DNA from: Candidatus Saccharibacteria bacterium RIFCSPHIGHO2_12_FULL_41_12 | GTDB taxonomy: Bacteria; Patescibacteriota; Saccharimonadia; Saccharimonadales; 2-12-FULL-41-12 | Assembly: GCA_001790445.1 (NCBI GenBank) | Contig: MGCQ01000009.1 | Coordinates: 81,491 to 145,490 of the forward strand | Direction of reading: 5' to 3' | DNA length: 64,000 nucleotides | In this document: positions 37,749 through 46,757 of the stretch, one piece after another | Layout: every line of letters begins with the position of its first letter | Position numbering within the stretch: the stretch's first letter is position 1 | Made by a program: the position numbers and the translations under genes | Notes under the pieces: generated by a model | The model's input: only the letters and a program-made list of their open reading frames with translations | What the model was told of the DNA's origin: nothing | Database searches by the model: none

Positions 37749-38308
37749 ATGAAATCCATAATTATAATTCACGGAATAGGCGGATATGCAGGTATACATT
37801 GGCAGGGATGGCTGGCGGATGAGCTTGAAAAGTTGGATTACAATGTTCTAATGCCAGAGATGCCAGAAGCTGATAATCCAGACAGGAGTGAATGGCTTTC
37901 AACAATCAAAAACCTACTTAAAAACGTCGAACTTAAAGATTTGATTATTGTTGGACATTCTTTGGGTGTAACTACGGCGCTTGATTTTATTGAGCAGTCA
38001 GATCAGAGAATAAATGGACTTGTTTCTGTGTCTGGATTTGCCGAGGACTATGGTGCTGAGTTAAACGGTGAATTCTTAAAGCAGAAGAACTTAGATTTCA
38101 AAAAAATAAGAGACAACCTTTCTTGGCTTCAGTATTATATGGAGATGACGATCCCTATGTTACCAAAGAAGCCTTAAAATATGTTGCAGATGGCTTAGGA
38201 GCAGAGCCTTTGATTATACAAAATGGCGGACATCTTAATACTGAAACAGGCTACACAACATTCCCCGAATTACTAAAATTATTAATGGATAAAATCAATG
38301 AAAATTAG
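37749..38308 (+). pseudogene. Alpha/beta hydrolase (RBBP9/YdeN-like serine hydrolase) disrupted by a frameshift at an A7 run
   Basis: N-terminal ORF 37749-38177 has the nucleophile elbow GHSLG. The C-terminal conserved region (LYGDDDPYV...GGHLN) lies in a different frame (38123-38308). The shift maps to caaaaaaat at 38100-38106. Confidence 0.6.
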
Positions 38309-38768
38309 AAAAGCAACAATTGAGGACCTGAAAGCTGTACAGGATTTGAGCTTTAAGCTTTTCAAAAATGATGAGTCTTGGGTATCTCACTTGAGAATGG
38401 ATTGGACATTTGAAGACGAAGGGATTAAATATTTCACTTCACGTTTAAATGGAAAAGAAGGAATAGCTTACGTTGCAGAAGATAATAACAGGATAGTAGG
38501 CTATATAACTGGTGATATGAAGAAGGACGTAAGCTGGCGATCTGTCAGGATCGCAGAACTTGAAAATATATTCATTGAAGAAGAATCTAGACATAAAAAT
38601 ATGGGCAAGAAATTATTTGGTGAGTTCAGAATATGGGCGAGAGAACAAGAAGCACAAAAATTAATGGTTAGTGCTTCTTATCCCAATACTTCAGCAATTG
38701 AATTCTATAAATCTGTCGGTTTTGAGCCGTATTCTTTAGAACTAGAAATGGGCATGGAAGGCGAATAA
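38298..38768 (+). CDS. GNAT-family N-acetyltransferase
   Basis: IVGYITG...IAELENIFIEEESRHKNMGKKLF matches motif A/B. Confidence 0.65.
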   Translation: MKIRKATIEDLKAVQDLSFKLFKNDESWVSHLRMDWTFEDEGIKYFTSRLNGKEGIAYVAEDNNRIVGYITGDMKKDVSWRSVRIAELENIFIEEESRHKNMGKKLFGEFRIWAREQEAQKLMVSASYPNTSAIEFYKSVGFEPYSLELEMGMEGE

Positions 38769-38770
38769 TT

Positions 38771-39412
38771 ATGGCAGATATTTACGTTTTTGGGGACAGC
38801 ATAGGATATGGAGCAGTTGATGTTAAGGGTGGTTGGGCAGATCGGCTTAAGCAATATTTACATAAGCAAAAAACAGACAATCCTGAAGGGCCTTTTACGG
38901 AAGTTTATAATTTGTCGGTTGACGGTGACACATCAAGCGATGTTGCCAGACGCATAAAAAACGAATTAGCGGTCAGACGAAAACCTTGGTCAACGCCTGA
39001 AGATCTTGTGGTTATAGCCATAGGCGATAACGATGCTTGTGCAGAAGGTTCGCCAGACGGCTACAAAGCTTCCACTGAAGAATATCAAAATAACTTAAAT
39101 ATAATCTATGAGGTTGTTAAATCTTTTGATCTAGAAATAGCATTTGTTGGCTTGGTCGCAGTAGACGAAACAAAAGCCAATCCATGTGTTTGGGGTGAGT
39201 ACTATATAAAAAATGATCGAGTAGAATTGTTTGATAAGGTCCAGTTAGATTTTTGTAAAGACAATCATGCTTCTAGGATTGAGCTTTTTCCGATAACTTT
39301 ATTGTCGGAATATCAAAAAAACCTTTTTGATGGGGTGCACCCAAATTCCAATGGACATAAAATACTATTCGAGCAAATCCAGCCGTTTATAACGCAGCTA
39401 TTGCAAAAATAA
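38771..39412 (+). CDS. SGNH/GDSL hydrolase
   Basis: Block I YVFGDSIGYG and block V DGVHPNSNGH. Confidence 0.75.
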   Translation: MADIYVFGDSIGYGAVDVKGGWADRLKQYLHKQKTDNPEGPFTEVYNLSVDGDTSSDVARRIKNELAVRRKPWSTPEDLVVIAIGDNDACAEGSPDGYKASTEEYQNNLNIIYEVVKSFDLEIAFVGLVAVDETKANPCVWGEYYIKNDRVELFDKVQLDFCKDNHASRIELFPITLLSEYQKNLFDGVHPNSNGHKILFEQIQPFITQLLQK

Positions 39413-39438
39413 CTCTTGCATGTGGTAGAATATAAGTA

Positions 39439-40407
39439 ATGGTTGATGTTAAAAACAAGAGACTAATGGTTCTAGCCGGTAGTCATTATCCCGAGTTAGC
39501 GGATAAGATTGCTGCAAAACTAGGCATCAAAGTTAGCAACTCTCAATTCCAAAGATTTGCCAATGGCGAGATAAAGTTTCAACTGGATGAGTCGGTTCGT
39601 GGGGCCGACGTTTTTATTTTTCAGGCGCATAATGGTTCTGTGGCAGAGGCTATCGTTGAGCAGGCAGTTTTGATTGACGCGGCAAAGCGAGCATCTGCAG
39701 CTCATATTACTGCAGTTTGTCCGTTCTTTGGTTACGCACGTCAAGACCGCAAGTCCAAAGGCAGAGAACCGATAACCGCTAGGTTAGTCGTTGATATTCT
39801 CAGTGTGGCTGGAGCAAATCGAATTGTCAGTGTGGATCTGCATTCTGGGCAAATTCAGGGGTTCTTGAACGGACCTTTCGACCATTTAATAGCACTTCCG
39901 GCAATTGCCAGGCATATAAAGAAGAGATTTGGCAGCGACTGTGTGATGGTCTCACCAGATGCTGGACGTGTAAAGTTGACGGAGCGTTACGCCAGCCGGC
40001 TTGGGGTAGACATTGCCATTGTTCACAAAAGACGAGTCAAGAATAATCAAGCAGAAGCGTTGGATGTAATTGGTGATATTAAGGGTAAACATTGCGTGAT
40101 CAATGATGACATGATAGATACTGCAGGCACGATATGTGTAGCAGCAGAGATGTTAAAGAAAAAGGGAGCCAAGTCAGTTTCTGTGGTAGCAACACATGGA
40201 TTATTCTCTGGTCCAGCAATAGACAGAATTATTAAATCCGACATTGATTATCTAGCTATTACTGATACCCTGCCGATTCCTGATGATTTGTTAAAATCAT
40301 CAAAAGTAGAAGTTATTTCTGTGGTCGATTTAATTGCCGACGCCATTAAAGCAATTTTTGAAGACGGCTCAGTGTCAGCTCTCTTTGATGGCGAAAACCA
40401 AACATAA
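39439..40407 (+). CDS. prs: Ribose-phosphate pyrophosphokinase (PRPP synthetase)
   Basis: LMVLAGSHYPELADKIA..., FANGEIKFQLDESVRGADVF, and the PRPP-binding loop DMIDTAGT. Confidence 0.9.
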   Translation: MVDVKNKRLMVLAGSHYPELADKIAAKLGIKVSNSQFQRFANGEIKFQLDESVRGADVFIFQAHNGSVAEAIVEQAVLIDAAKRASAAHITAVCPFFGYARQDRKSKGREPITARLVVDILSVAGANRIVSVDLHSGQIQGFLNGPFDHLIALPAIARHIKKRFGSDCVMVSPDAGRVKLTERYASRLGVDIAIVHKRRVKNNQAEALDVIGDIKGKHCVINDDMIDTAGTICVAAEMLKKKGAKSVSVVATHGLFSGPAIDRIIKSDIDYLAITDTLPIPDDLLKSSKVEVISVVDLIADAIKAIFEDGSVSALFDGENQT

Positions 40408-40816
40408 GAACGCTCAAATGGATTGGCAAACAGTAGATAATAATGTCAAAATACTAGCGTCTAAGATTAAGCAAAAACCAGATATCATAGTTGCTGTTGT
40501 TAGGGGCGGCCTAATCCCTGCACGGCTTTTGGCAAAATATCTGCTGGTTAAAGAAATGTATACTCTGACGGTAAAAAAACAAGACGGCAAAAGGCTAGTT
40601 GTCAGTAGTATAAACGAGGATTTAGCAGGCAAAAACGTGCTTGTCGTAGAAGATGTGCTGGAGACAGGCATGAGTCTGGTTGTGGCAAAAGAGTACATTG
40701 AGTCACTTGGTGGGATAGCTAAAACGACGGCACTATTTATTCAGCCAGATACAAAAATTATCCCAGATTATTATCTCGAAGTAAAACAAGAAGTCCCAAT
40801 CTTCCCCTGGGATTAA
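40388..40816 (+). CDS. Purine phosphoribosyltransferase (type I PRTase, Xpt/Gpt/Hpt-like)
   Basis: PRPP-binding motif VLVVEDVLETGMSL. Start is uncertain (ATG 40388 or 40418); overlaps the prs 3' end. Confidence 0.6.
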   Translation: MAKTKHKNAQMDWQTVDNNVKILASKIKQKPDIIVAVVRGGLIPARLLAKYLLVKEMYTLTVKKQDGKRLVVSSINEDLAGKNVLVVEDVLETGMSLVVAKEYIESLGGIAKTTALFIQPDTKIIPDYYLEVKQEVPIFPWD

Positions 40817-40895
40817 ATTCCAAATAAGGCTTTCATCATTCTAATTGACTAACAACCTTGCGATTAAAGCCCTGCAGGCTTTAATCGCAATGAAG

Positions 40896-42167
40896 CTAGC
40901 TTGGTCTTTTACCAATATCAGTGCGGTAGTGCACGCCTTCAAAGTGGATCAAATCAACCGCTTTGTAGGCTGTAGCTAGTGCTTCGTTTAGTGTCTCGCC
41001 AGTTGCTGTGACGTTTAAAACTCTGCCCCCGGCTGTCAGGTATTGATCTCCTGCTTTTTTGGTTCCAGCATGAAAGACTATTACATTATCTAATTTTTCC
41101 GCTTCTTCAATTCCTGATATCGGTAGCCCCGTCTGGTATTTACCGGGGTATCCGCCAGATGCAAGGACAACAGTAACGGCGTAGCCAGATTTCCATTGAA
41201 CTTCTTCCGGATCGAGATTACCATCGACACAGGACTCAAAAATTTCAACAATGTCCGAATCAAGTAGTCTCATATAAACTTCTGTTTCTGGATCTCCAAA
41301 CCGAGCGTTAAACTCAACAGTATTAACTTTGTCTCCATCAATCATCAGACCTGGGTAGAGACAGCCAACAAAATTTGCATCTTCGTTTCTGAGTCCGTCC
41401 AAAACAGGTTGGACGATTTTAGTTTTTATAGTTTGCATATTGCTGTCAGTAACCCAATCTATAGGGGCAATTACACCCATGCCTCCCGTGTTCGGACCTT
41501 TGTCTTCGTCAAATATTTGTTTGTGGTCCTGCGAGGTGGGGAAGATAACTGCTTTGTTGCCATCACTCAGTGCGTGGATAGATACCTCCTGCCCCTGCAA
41601 GAAATCCTCAATCACTACTGTGTCACCAGAACTGCCAAATATTTTATCTGACATGATCTCGTCAAGTGCATTTTCTGCCTGGGTCTGATCTTCGCAAATA
41701 ATTACGCCTTTCCCTGCTGCCAACCCGCTGGCTTTTACCACTGTTGGGTATGAGCAACTCTTCAAATACTTTTTTGCCTCGTCAATGTCTGTAAAGTTAA
41801 AGTAATTAGCTGTTGGAATATTATTCTTTTTCATCAAGTCTTTAGAAAAAGCCTTTGATGCTTCAATCTGGGCAGCTGCTTTTGTTGGTCCAAATATCCT
41901 CAGGTCTTCTTTTTGGAATGCATCAACTACACCAACAGCAAGAGCATCGTCCGGACCAACAACTGTCAGATCAATTTGTTTTTCTTTCGCAAAAGCTACT
42001 AATTTATCAACTTCCTTGATACCAATTGCAACATTTTCGGCTAACTCAGAAATTCCCCCGTTGCCTGGTGCTGCGTATATTTTATTGACGCTGGGTGACT
42101 GAGCTATTTTCCAGATGAGAGCGTGCTCGCGTCCACCACCACCAATTACCAGAATCTTCCTATTCAT
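40896..42167 (-). CDS. purD: Phosphoribosylamine–glycine ligase
   Basis: MNRKILVIGGGGREHALIWKIAQSP and the ATP-grasp fold motifs. Confidence 0.9.
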   Translation of the reverse strand: MNRKILVIGGGGREHALIWKIAQSPSVNKIYAAPGNGGISELAENVAIGIKEVDKLVAFAKEKQIDLTVVGPDDALAVGVVDAFQKEDLRIFGPTKAAAQIEASKAFSKDLMKKNNIPTANYFNFTDIDEAKKYLKSCSYPTVVKASGLAAGKGVIICEDQTQAENALDEIMSDKIFGSSGDTVVIEDFLQGQEVSIHALSDGNKAVIFPTSQDHKQIFDEDKGPNTGGMGVIAPIDWVTDSNMQTIKTKIVQPVLDGLRNEDANFVGCLYPGLMIDGDKVNTVEFNARFGDPETEVYMRLLDSDIVEIFESCVDGNLDPEEVQWKSGYAVTVVLASGGYPGKYQTGLPISGIEEAEKLDNVIVFHAGTKKAGDQYLTAGGRVLNVTATGETLNEALATAYKAVDLIHFEGVHYRTDIGKRPS

Positions 42168-42823
42168 TATTTGGGTCCTTGTAAATATTCTATACGGTTT
42201 TTGATAAAATCATCAATATCCTTGGGTAAATATGCTTTTTCTGCAATCTGGACTTTGGCAAACAGACTATCAGCAGTATCTCCAGGGGTTACTTCAACTT
42301 TGTGCATTGCTACAATTGGACCCTCGTCATAATTTTCTGACACCACATGTAGCGTCTGACCAGAAAATCCTAGATTATTATCAAGAACATGTTGCTGGAC
42401 GTTTTTCCCGTATAAGCCAGCAGATTCTGGTAAGAGCCCTGGGTGTGTATTGAGCATCATAGCTTGGTAGGGGCTAGTGTACTCTGGTCTCCAGCCGAAC
42501 TCATGGACCAACTTTGTCCCAAGTTTTTTCATGTACCCCATGAGTGCGATAAGGTCAAACCTTCCATTACTTAACATGTTAAGTATCGCTTCTTCTTCGT
42601 CCTTTGGGTCGGGATAATTGTCTTTGCCAATGTAGGCACATTTTATGTCTAAATTATGACGTTTATTAAGATTTTCTATGAGGTCAAATATTCCTGCAGA
42701 CTTGTTGCTGCAGATAACCAGTTTTACTTGAGATTCAATATCTCCTCTGACACTTGTGAGTATAAATGCTTCCGCCGTAGTCCCAGAACCAGACGCGAGT
42801 ATGGCAATTTTTGGATTAGACAT
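42167..42823 (-). CDS. purN: Phosphoribosylglycinamide formyltransferase
   Basis: IAILASGSGTTAE...NTHPGLLP...G matches the formyl transferase signature. Confidence 0.8.
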   Translation of the reverse strand: MSNPKIAILASGSGTTAEAFILTSVRGDIESQVKLVICSNKSAGIFDLIENLNKRHNLDIKCAYIGKDNYPDPKDEEEAILNMLSNGRFDLIALMGYMKKLGTKLVHEFGWRPEYTSPYQAMMLNTHPGLLPESAGLYGKNVQQHVLDNNLGFSGQTLHVVSENYDEGPIVAMHKVEVTPGDTADSLFAKVQIAEKAYLPKDIDDFIKNRIEYLQGPK

Positions 42824-42831
42824 ATGCCCCC

Positions 42832-44280
42832 TCAGGCGTGTGACTCGACCAAGTTATTTGCACGATTTACAGAATCAAAATTATCGGCTATTTTTGTAAC
42901 TTCCGTGGCTCGGTTGCCAATATCAACAGGGTAAACTCCGTTAAAAAATGATAAAGAAAAGCTATCTGCCGGAAGCCCCGTTGTGCCTACCATGCCATCA
43001 ATTGACAAAAAATTTAGGGAATCGGCTCCCAAGTGCATACACATTTCGTCGATGCTCATCCTTGAAGCAATTAGCTCACTTTGCAGTGGCGTATTGATAC
43101 CGTAAAAGTCTGGATATCGGATGGGTGGGGAACTAATTGCCAAATGTACTTCTTTGGCCCCTGCAGATTTAAGCATCTCAATGACTTGTCGCATGGTTGT
43201 GCCACGTACGATTGAGTCATCAACCAAAATTACTCGCTTGTCTTTAATCGCATCTATAACTGGGTTAAGCTTCATTTTGACGTCTCTTTTTCTTAGTTCA
43301 TCGGTTGGTTGAATAAAAGTTCGGTTAATGTATCTGTTTTTGACCAGCCCCAAGCCAAATTTGATGCCACTTTGTTGTGAGTATCCTAAGGCCGCCGGAA
43401 CAGAAGAGTCAGGTACTGGCACGACAACATCTGCTTCAATATTGAATTCGCGGGCCATTTGTTTGCCCATATTTTCTCTGATTGTGCTAACATTTTTGCC
43501 CATAATCACGCTATCAGGTCGCGCAAAATAAACGAATTCAAAAATATCAAATTTGGGGTTTGGTGCAGTTGCTTGTTCAGAATGTAGCCCATCTCTGTCT
43601 ATAAATACTATTTCTCCGGGGTTCACATCGCGGACATAAGATGCGCCGATGGTATCAAAAGCACATGTTTCCGATGCCACTACATACCCACCATTTTCTA
43701 GTTGCCCAATTGACAGCGGGCGTATGCCGCACTCATCGCGGAATGCGACTAGCTGGGTTTTGTCCATAGCCACGCACGAAAATACCCCTGTTAGTAAGGG
43801 GTATGCTTGTTTGATCGCTTGGGGAAGTGCCACACCTTGGCTCATAAAGCACCCAATTGCCACATGCATCATTTGTGAGTCATTAAGGTCATCTTTGTAC
43901 AGATTATTTTGTTTTAGGAATTCAATCAATTTGCTGCAGTCTGGTAGGTTGCCGTTGTGTGCCATGGCAAACTGTCGATCCTTGTCCAAAAATGGTTGCA
44001 AATAGTCCCCGTCAGTTTCTCCGGATGTGGCATAGCGGTTATGCCCAATTGCAATTGATCCGTGTAGCTCAGAAAGATCTTCCTCTGTATAGACATGAGC
44101 AACAAGTCCAAAGTTAGCGTAGCTGTGTAAGTTTTGTCCGTCACTACTGACGATGCCAGAGCCTTCTTGACCCCTATGCTGCAGAGCCCAGAGACCGAAA
44201 TAAGCCGTTCGTGCTGCGTCTTCGGATCCGTAGATTCCGAATACTGCACATTTTTCGCTTAATTTATGGTCTATAGCCAC
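42832..44280 (-). CDS. purF: Amidophosphoribosyltransferase (Ntn type with short propeptide)
   Basis: ...EKCAVFGIYG Ntn cysteine; PRTase motif VILVDDSIVRGTT; a C-terminal Cys cluster is absent or unclear. Confidence 0.9.
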   Translation of the reverse strand: MAIDHKLSEKCAVFGIYGSEDAARTAYFGLWALQHRGQEGSGIVSSDGQNLHSYANFGLVAHVYTEEDLSELHGSIAIGHNRYATSGETDGDYLQPFLDKDRQFAMAHNGNLPDCSKLIEFLKQNNLYKDDLNDSQMMHVAIGCFMSQGVALPQAIKQAYPLLTGVFSCVAMDKTQLVAFRDECGIRPLSIGQLENGGYVVASETCAFDTIGASYVRDVNPGEIVFIDRDGLHSEQATAPNPKFDIFEFVYFARPDSVIMGKNVSTIRENMGKQMAREFNIEADVVVPVPDSSVPAALGYSQQSGIKFGLGLVKNRYINRTFIQPTDELRKRDVKMKLNPVIDAIKDKRVILVDDSIVRGTTMRQVIEMLKSAGAKEVHLAISSPPIRYPDFYGINTPLQSELIASRMSIDEMCMHLGADSLNFLSIDGMVGTTGLPADSFSLSFFNGVYPVDIGNRATEVTKIADNFDSVNRANNLVESHA

Positions 44281-44341
44281 TGAAGCTGATAATCCTTTGT
44301 CACTTTAGATTACTAAGGTTGTATTATAGCAAATTATCCCA

Positions 44342-44845
44342 ATGAATAGCAAAGAGAAAGAACAAAGGATATTATATATCCTCTTGTTTTACACCAGGAG
44401 ATTGCTTATAATAAACATTGTGAATGATCGTCAAATAATTGGTATAACCCTTTGGTGGGCTGAGGGAACAAAATCACGTAGAGATAAGCGTTGGCCGAAA
44501 GCTGTGACATATCCAATAGAAGTTACAAACACTGATCCAAGAATTATTCAAATATTTCTTGATATGCTTCGCAAGGATATTGGTATAGATGAGTCAAAAC
44601 TGCGTGTTCAAATCCAGATTCACAAAGGAGATGATCAGGAAAAACTTGAAAAATACTGGAGTTTAATTACTCAGCTACCAGTTTCAAAATTTAATAAAAC
44701 AATAGTTAGACCCACAGGTAACAAGCCCGGGAAAAGTAATGGTACCTGTAAAGTACGATTTTCTGATAAAATAGTATATGAAAGGCTAGAGAAGCTTCTT
44801 CATGAAGCTATCTCCAGCGTATCGGGGTGTGGCGCAGTTGGCTAG
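44342..44845 (+). CDS. LAGLIDADG-fold homing-endonuclease-like protein; 3' end runs 23 nt into tRNA-Pro
   Basis: WWAEGTKS (LAGLIDADG-like), then YPIEVTNTDPRIIQIFLDMLRK...KLRVQIQIHKGDD. This resembles the I-DmoI pattern Y.VVITQKS..LI...L..F.....KIQIVKGD. Confidence 0.4.
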   Translation: MNSKEKEQRILYILLFYTRRLLIINIVNDRQIIGITLWWAEGTKSRRDKRWPKAVTYPIEVTNTDPRIIQIFLDMLRKDIGIDESKLRVQIQIHKGDDQEKLEKYWSLITQLPVSKFNKTIVRPTGNKPGKSNGTCKVRFSDKIVYERLEKLLHEAISSVSGCGAVG

Positions 44846-44899
44846 CGCGGACGGTTTGGGACCGTCAGGTCGAAGGTTCGAGTCCTTTCACCCCGACCA
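44823..44899 (+). tRNA. tRNA-Pro (anticodon TGG), CCA encoded
   Basis: Acceptor cggggtg/caccccg, anticodon stem gacgg/ccgtc, loop tttggga, T-loop ttcgagt. Confidence 0.85.
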
Positions 44900-44982
44900 T
44901 CAAAAGAGTCGAGTATTTTGCTCGGCTTTTTTAATGGTTGAAGAATTCGTGGCAGGGTCTATAATGACGGAGAGCAACACTT

Positions 44983-45267
44983 ATGAAAGCAGGAAATTTT
45001 GAAGGAGAACGAAAAGGCGATAATCCTGAGAAGGATAGGTTTGCAGGTTTTGAGATGCCACCCGAGGAGCTTATTGATCGTTTAGGTATAGACCCCAAAG
45101 ATTTTATTACACTTGGGTATACTCCTCCAGAGGAAAGAGTAGGAGTGATGTTAGAAATTGATGATGATGAATTTGAGGAGGCAAAACGAAATCCTGCATG
45201 GATAAAGTTCAGGGAAGAAGCTAGAGAATATAGAGAACAACTGGATTCAAAAAATAGAGGGAGGTAG
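44983..45267 (+). CDS. Hypothetical small acidic protein (94 aa)
   Basis: Highly charged ORF downstream of tRNA-Pro. No motif. Confidence 0.35.
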   Translation: MKAGNFEGERKGDNPEKDRFAGFEMPPEELIDRLGIDPKDFITLGYTPPEERVGVMLEIDDDEFEEAKRNPAWIKFREEAREYREQLDSKNRGR

Positions 45268-45340
45268 TAAATATAAACTTCAAGTTATGTAAAAAGCTCA
45301 TGCTTGCATAAAGCATTCAATACGACATATTATCTAGTGA

Positions 45341-46114
45341 ATGCCAAACCCAGAATATCCACATGCAGAAATAGACAAAGACGCAGGAGAGTGCCGACAA
45401 CTGGCGGCGATAATATTTGACAATCCAGATGTTGGCGAACAAATTGACACAACGTATGTACCTTTAAAATTTTATGATCCCAATGCATTTTCTAATTATT
45501 TTCTTCGGTTTGTCGCAGGATATAGCGATGGAACCGGTATGGGTAGTATTGAGGTGGTTGAGCGTTTAGTGGTTAATGGACATGACAATTTAATGATGCA
45601 ATGTTCCGTCAGTGAAAATGGTGATTTTGTTTTTGAACCGACGCGTGATGAACTTAATGATTTGTCTCGTTTTGATTGGCCCTATGTATTTTCTGCTCCG
45701 CAAATTGAACGATGTTTGCATAACTTTAGAAACCCGAGAGATGATAGAGAAATAGAGCCAGAAACATTACTCACAGAGTTGATGTATCCACGAGATACAG
45801 GGCGGGCGAAGCCTCATATTAGAGTCAAAGAAGTAAAAAATCTTGAAATTCAAGAATTTGAAATAGATTTTTTGCACCGAGTCCATGCAATGCCAAGAGA
45901 GCTAGCAAATAGTATGAATACGAATCTTTCTTCTGGAGAGCTACTGAAGATGTCTGTTCGTTATAAGGGCAAAGATTATCTACAAGCAACGATAGCTTTT
46001 AATGGTAAGGGCGAAATTATAGGTATTGGCAGGCAGGCGAAAAAGGATTTTGCAAAATACATTAAACTGCCCGCAGAACTCAAGGGATATCTCTTTAACC
46101 AGCCGGCTGACTAA
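45341..46114 (+). CDS. Hypothetical protein (257 aa)
   Basis: Long ORF with no recognisable family. Confidence 0.45.
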   Translation: MPNPEYPHAEIDKDAGECRQLAAIIFDNPDVGEQIDTTYVPLKFYDPNAFSNYFLRFVAGYSDGTGMGSIEVVERLVVNGHDNLMMQCSVSENGDFVFEPTRDELNDLSRFDWPYVFSAPQIERCLHNFRNPRDDREIEPETLLTELMYPRDTGRAKPHIRVKEVKNLEIQEFEIDFLHRVHAMPRELANSMNTNLSSGELLKMSVRYKGKDYLQATIAFNGKGEIIGIGRQAKKDFAKYIKLPAELKGYLFNQPAD

Positions 46115-46124
46115 GAAGATTTAC

Positions 46125-46691
46125 TTAAGATTTACCTTGTTTTTTGTACCATTTGGCGAAATCCTCCCAGATGGCTAGGGGCTCTTTGCCTGTGTAGTGG
46201 GTATTATTGCCGATGATCTGGGCGATACTTTTGCCAGAGGCGTCAAGGCTGACAATTTGTTGAATTGGTGGAAGATTTTTGTTACCTCTAGCTTTGTCTA
46301 ACAAAGTGCCTTCTATTTTCTTCACAAACAATTTGCTAGATTTGTCGTCTTGGTAAACAAGGCTTTGGACAAAGATGATACGCTTATCTGTCAGGGGTCG
46401 GGTTAAACGCAAGTAATCATCAACAGTAAACCAAGTATTGATTGATTTTGCATAAGTGCCGGGGAATCCTCTGAGTCCAGATATTTCCCATGCGTCGTCA
46501 CTAACCACAACAGGTCTCCTAACAAGTGCATAGGCGTTTTTGGCTTTATCTTGAGCAACTCTGATGACGTCTTCTGATTGGATTTCATCTATTTCTACAA
46601 TCTTTTGGGTCAGATTGATGCCATATTCTTTGCAGACCGCATGGCCTTTAGCGAACTTTTGGCTATTTGTTGTACAAAAAATAAGCTCCAT
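46125..46691 (-). CDS. Non-canonical purine NTP pyrophosphatase (Ham1/RdgB family)
   Basis: LIFCTTNSQKFAKG...EIDE...PVVVSDDAWEISGLRGFPGTY matches Ham1/ITPase motifs. Confidence 0.7.
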   Translation of the reverse strand: MELIFCTTNSQKFAKGHAVCKEYGINLTQKIVEIDEIQSEDVIRVAQDKAKNAYALVRRPVVVSDDAWEISGLRGFPGTYAKSINTWFTVDDYLRLTRPLTDKRIIFVQSLVYQDDKSSKLFVKKIEGTLLDKARGNKNLPPIQQIVSLDASGKSIAQIIGNNTHYTGKEPLAIWEDFAKWYKKQGKS

Positions 46692-46757
46692 AGTTGCGTA
46701 TATTTTAACAGATTACGATAAGGCTGGTATAGGCATTGATTGCTATAATAGAATGCG

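Noticed and set aside
44802-45002. 66-aa ORF spanning tRNA-Pro
   Set aside because: Entirely explained by the tRNA gene and flanking non-coding sequence.
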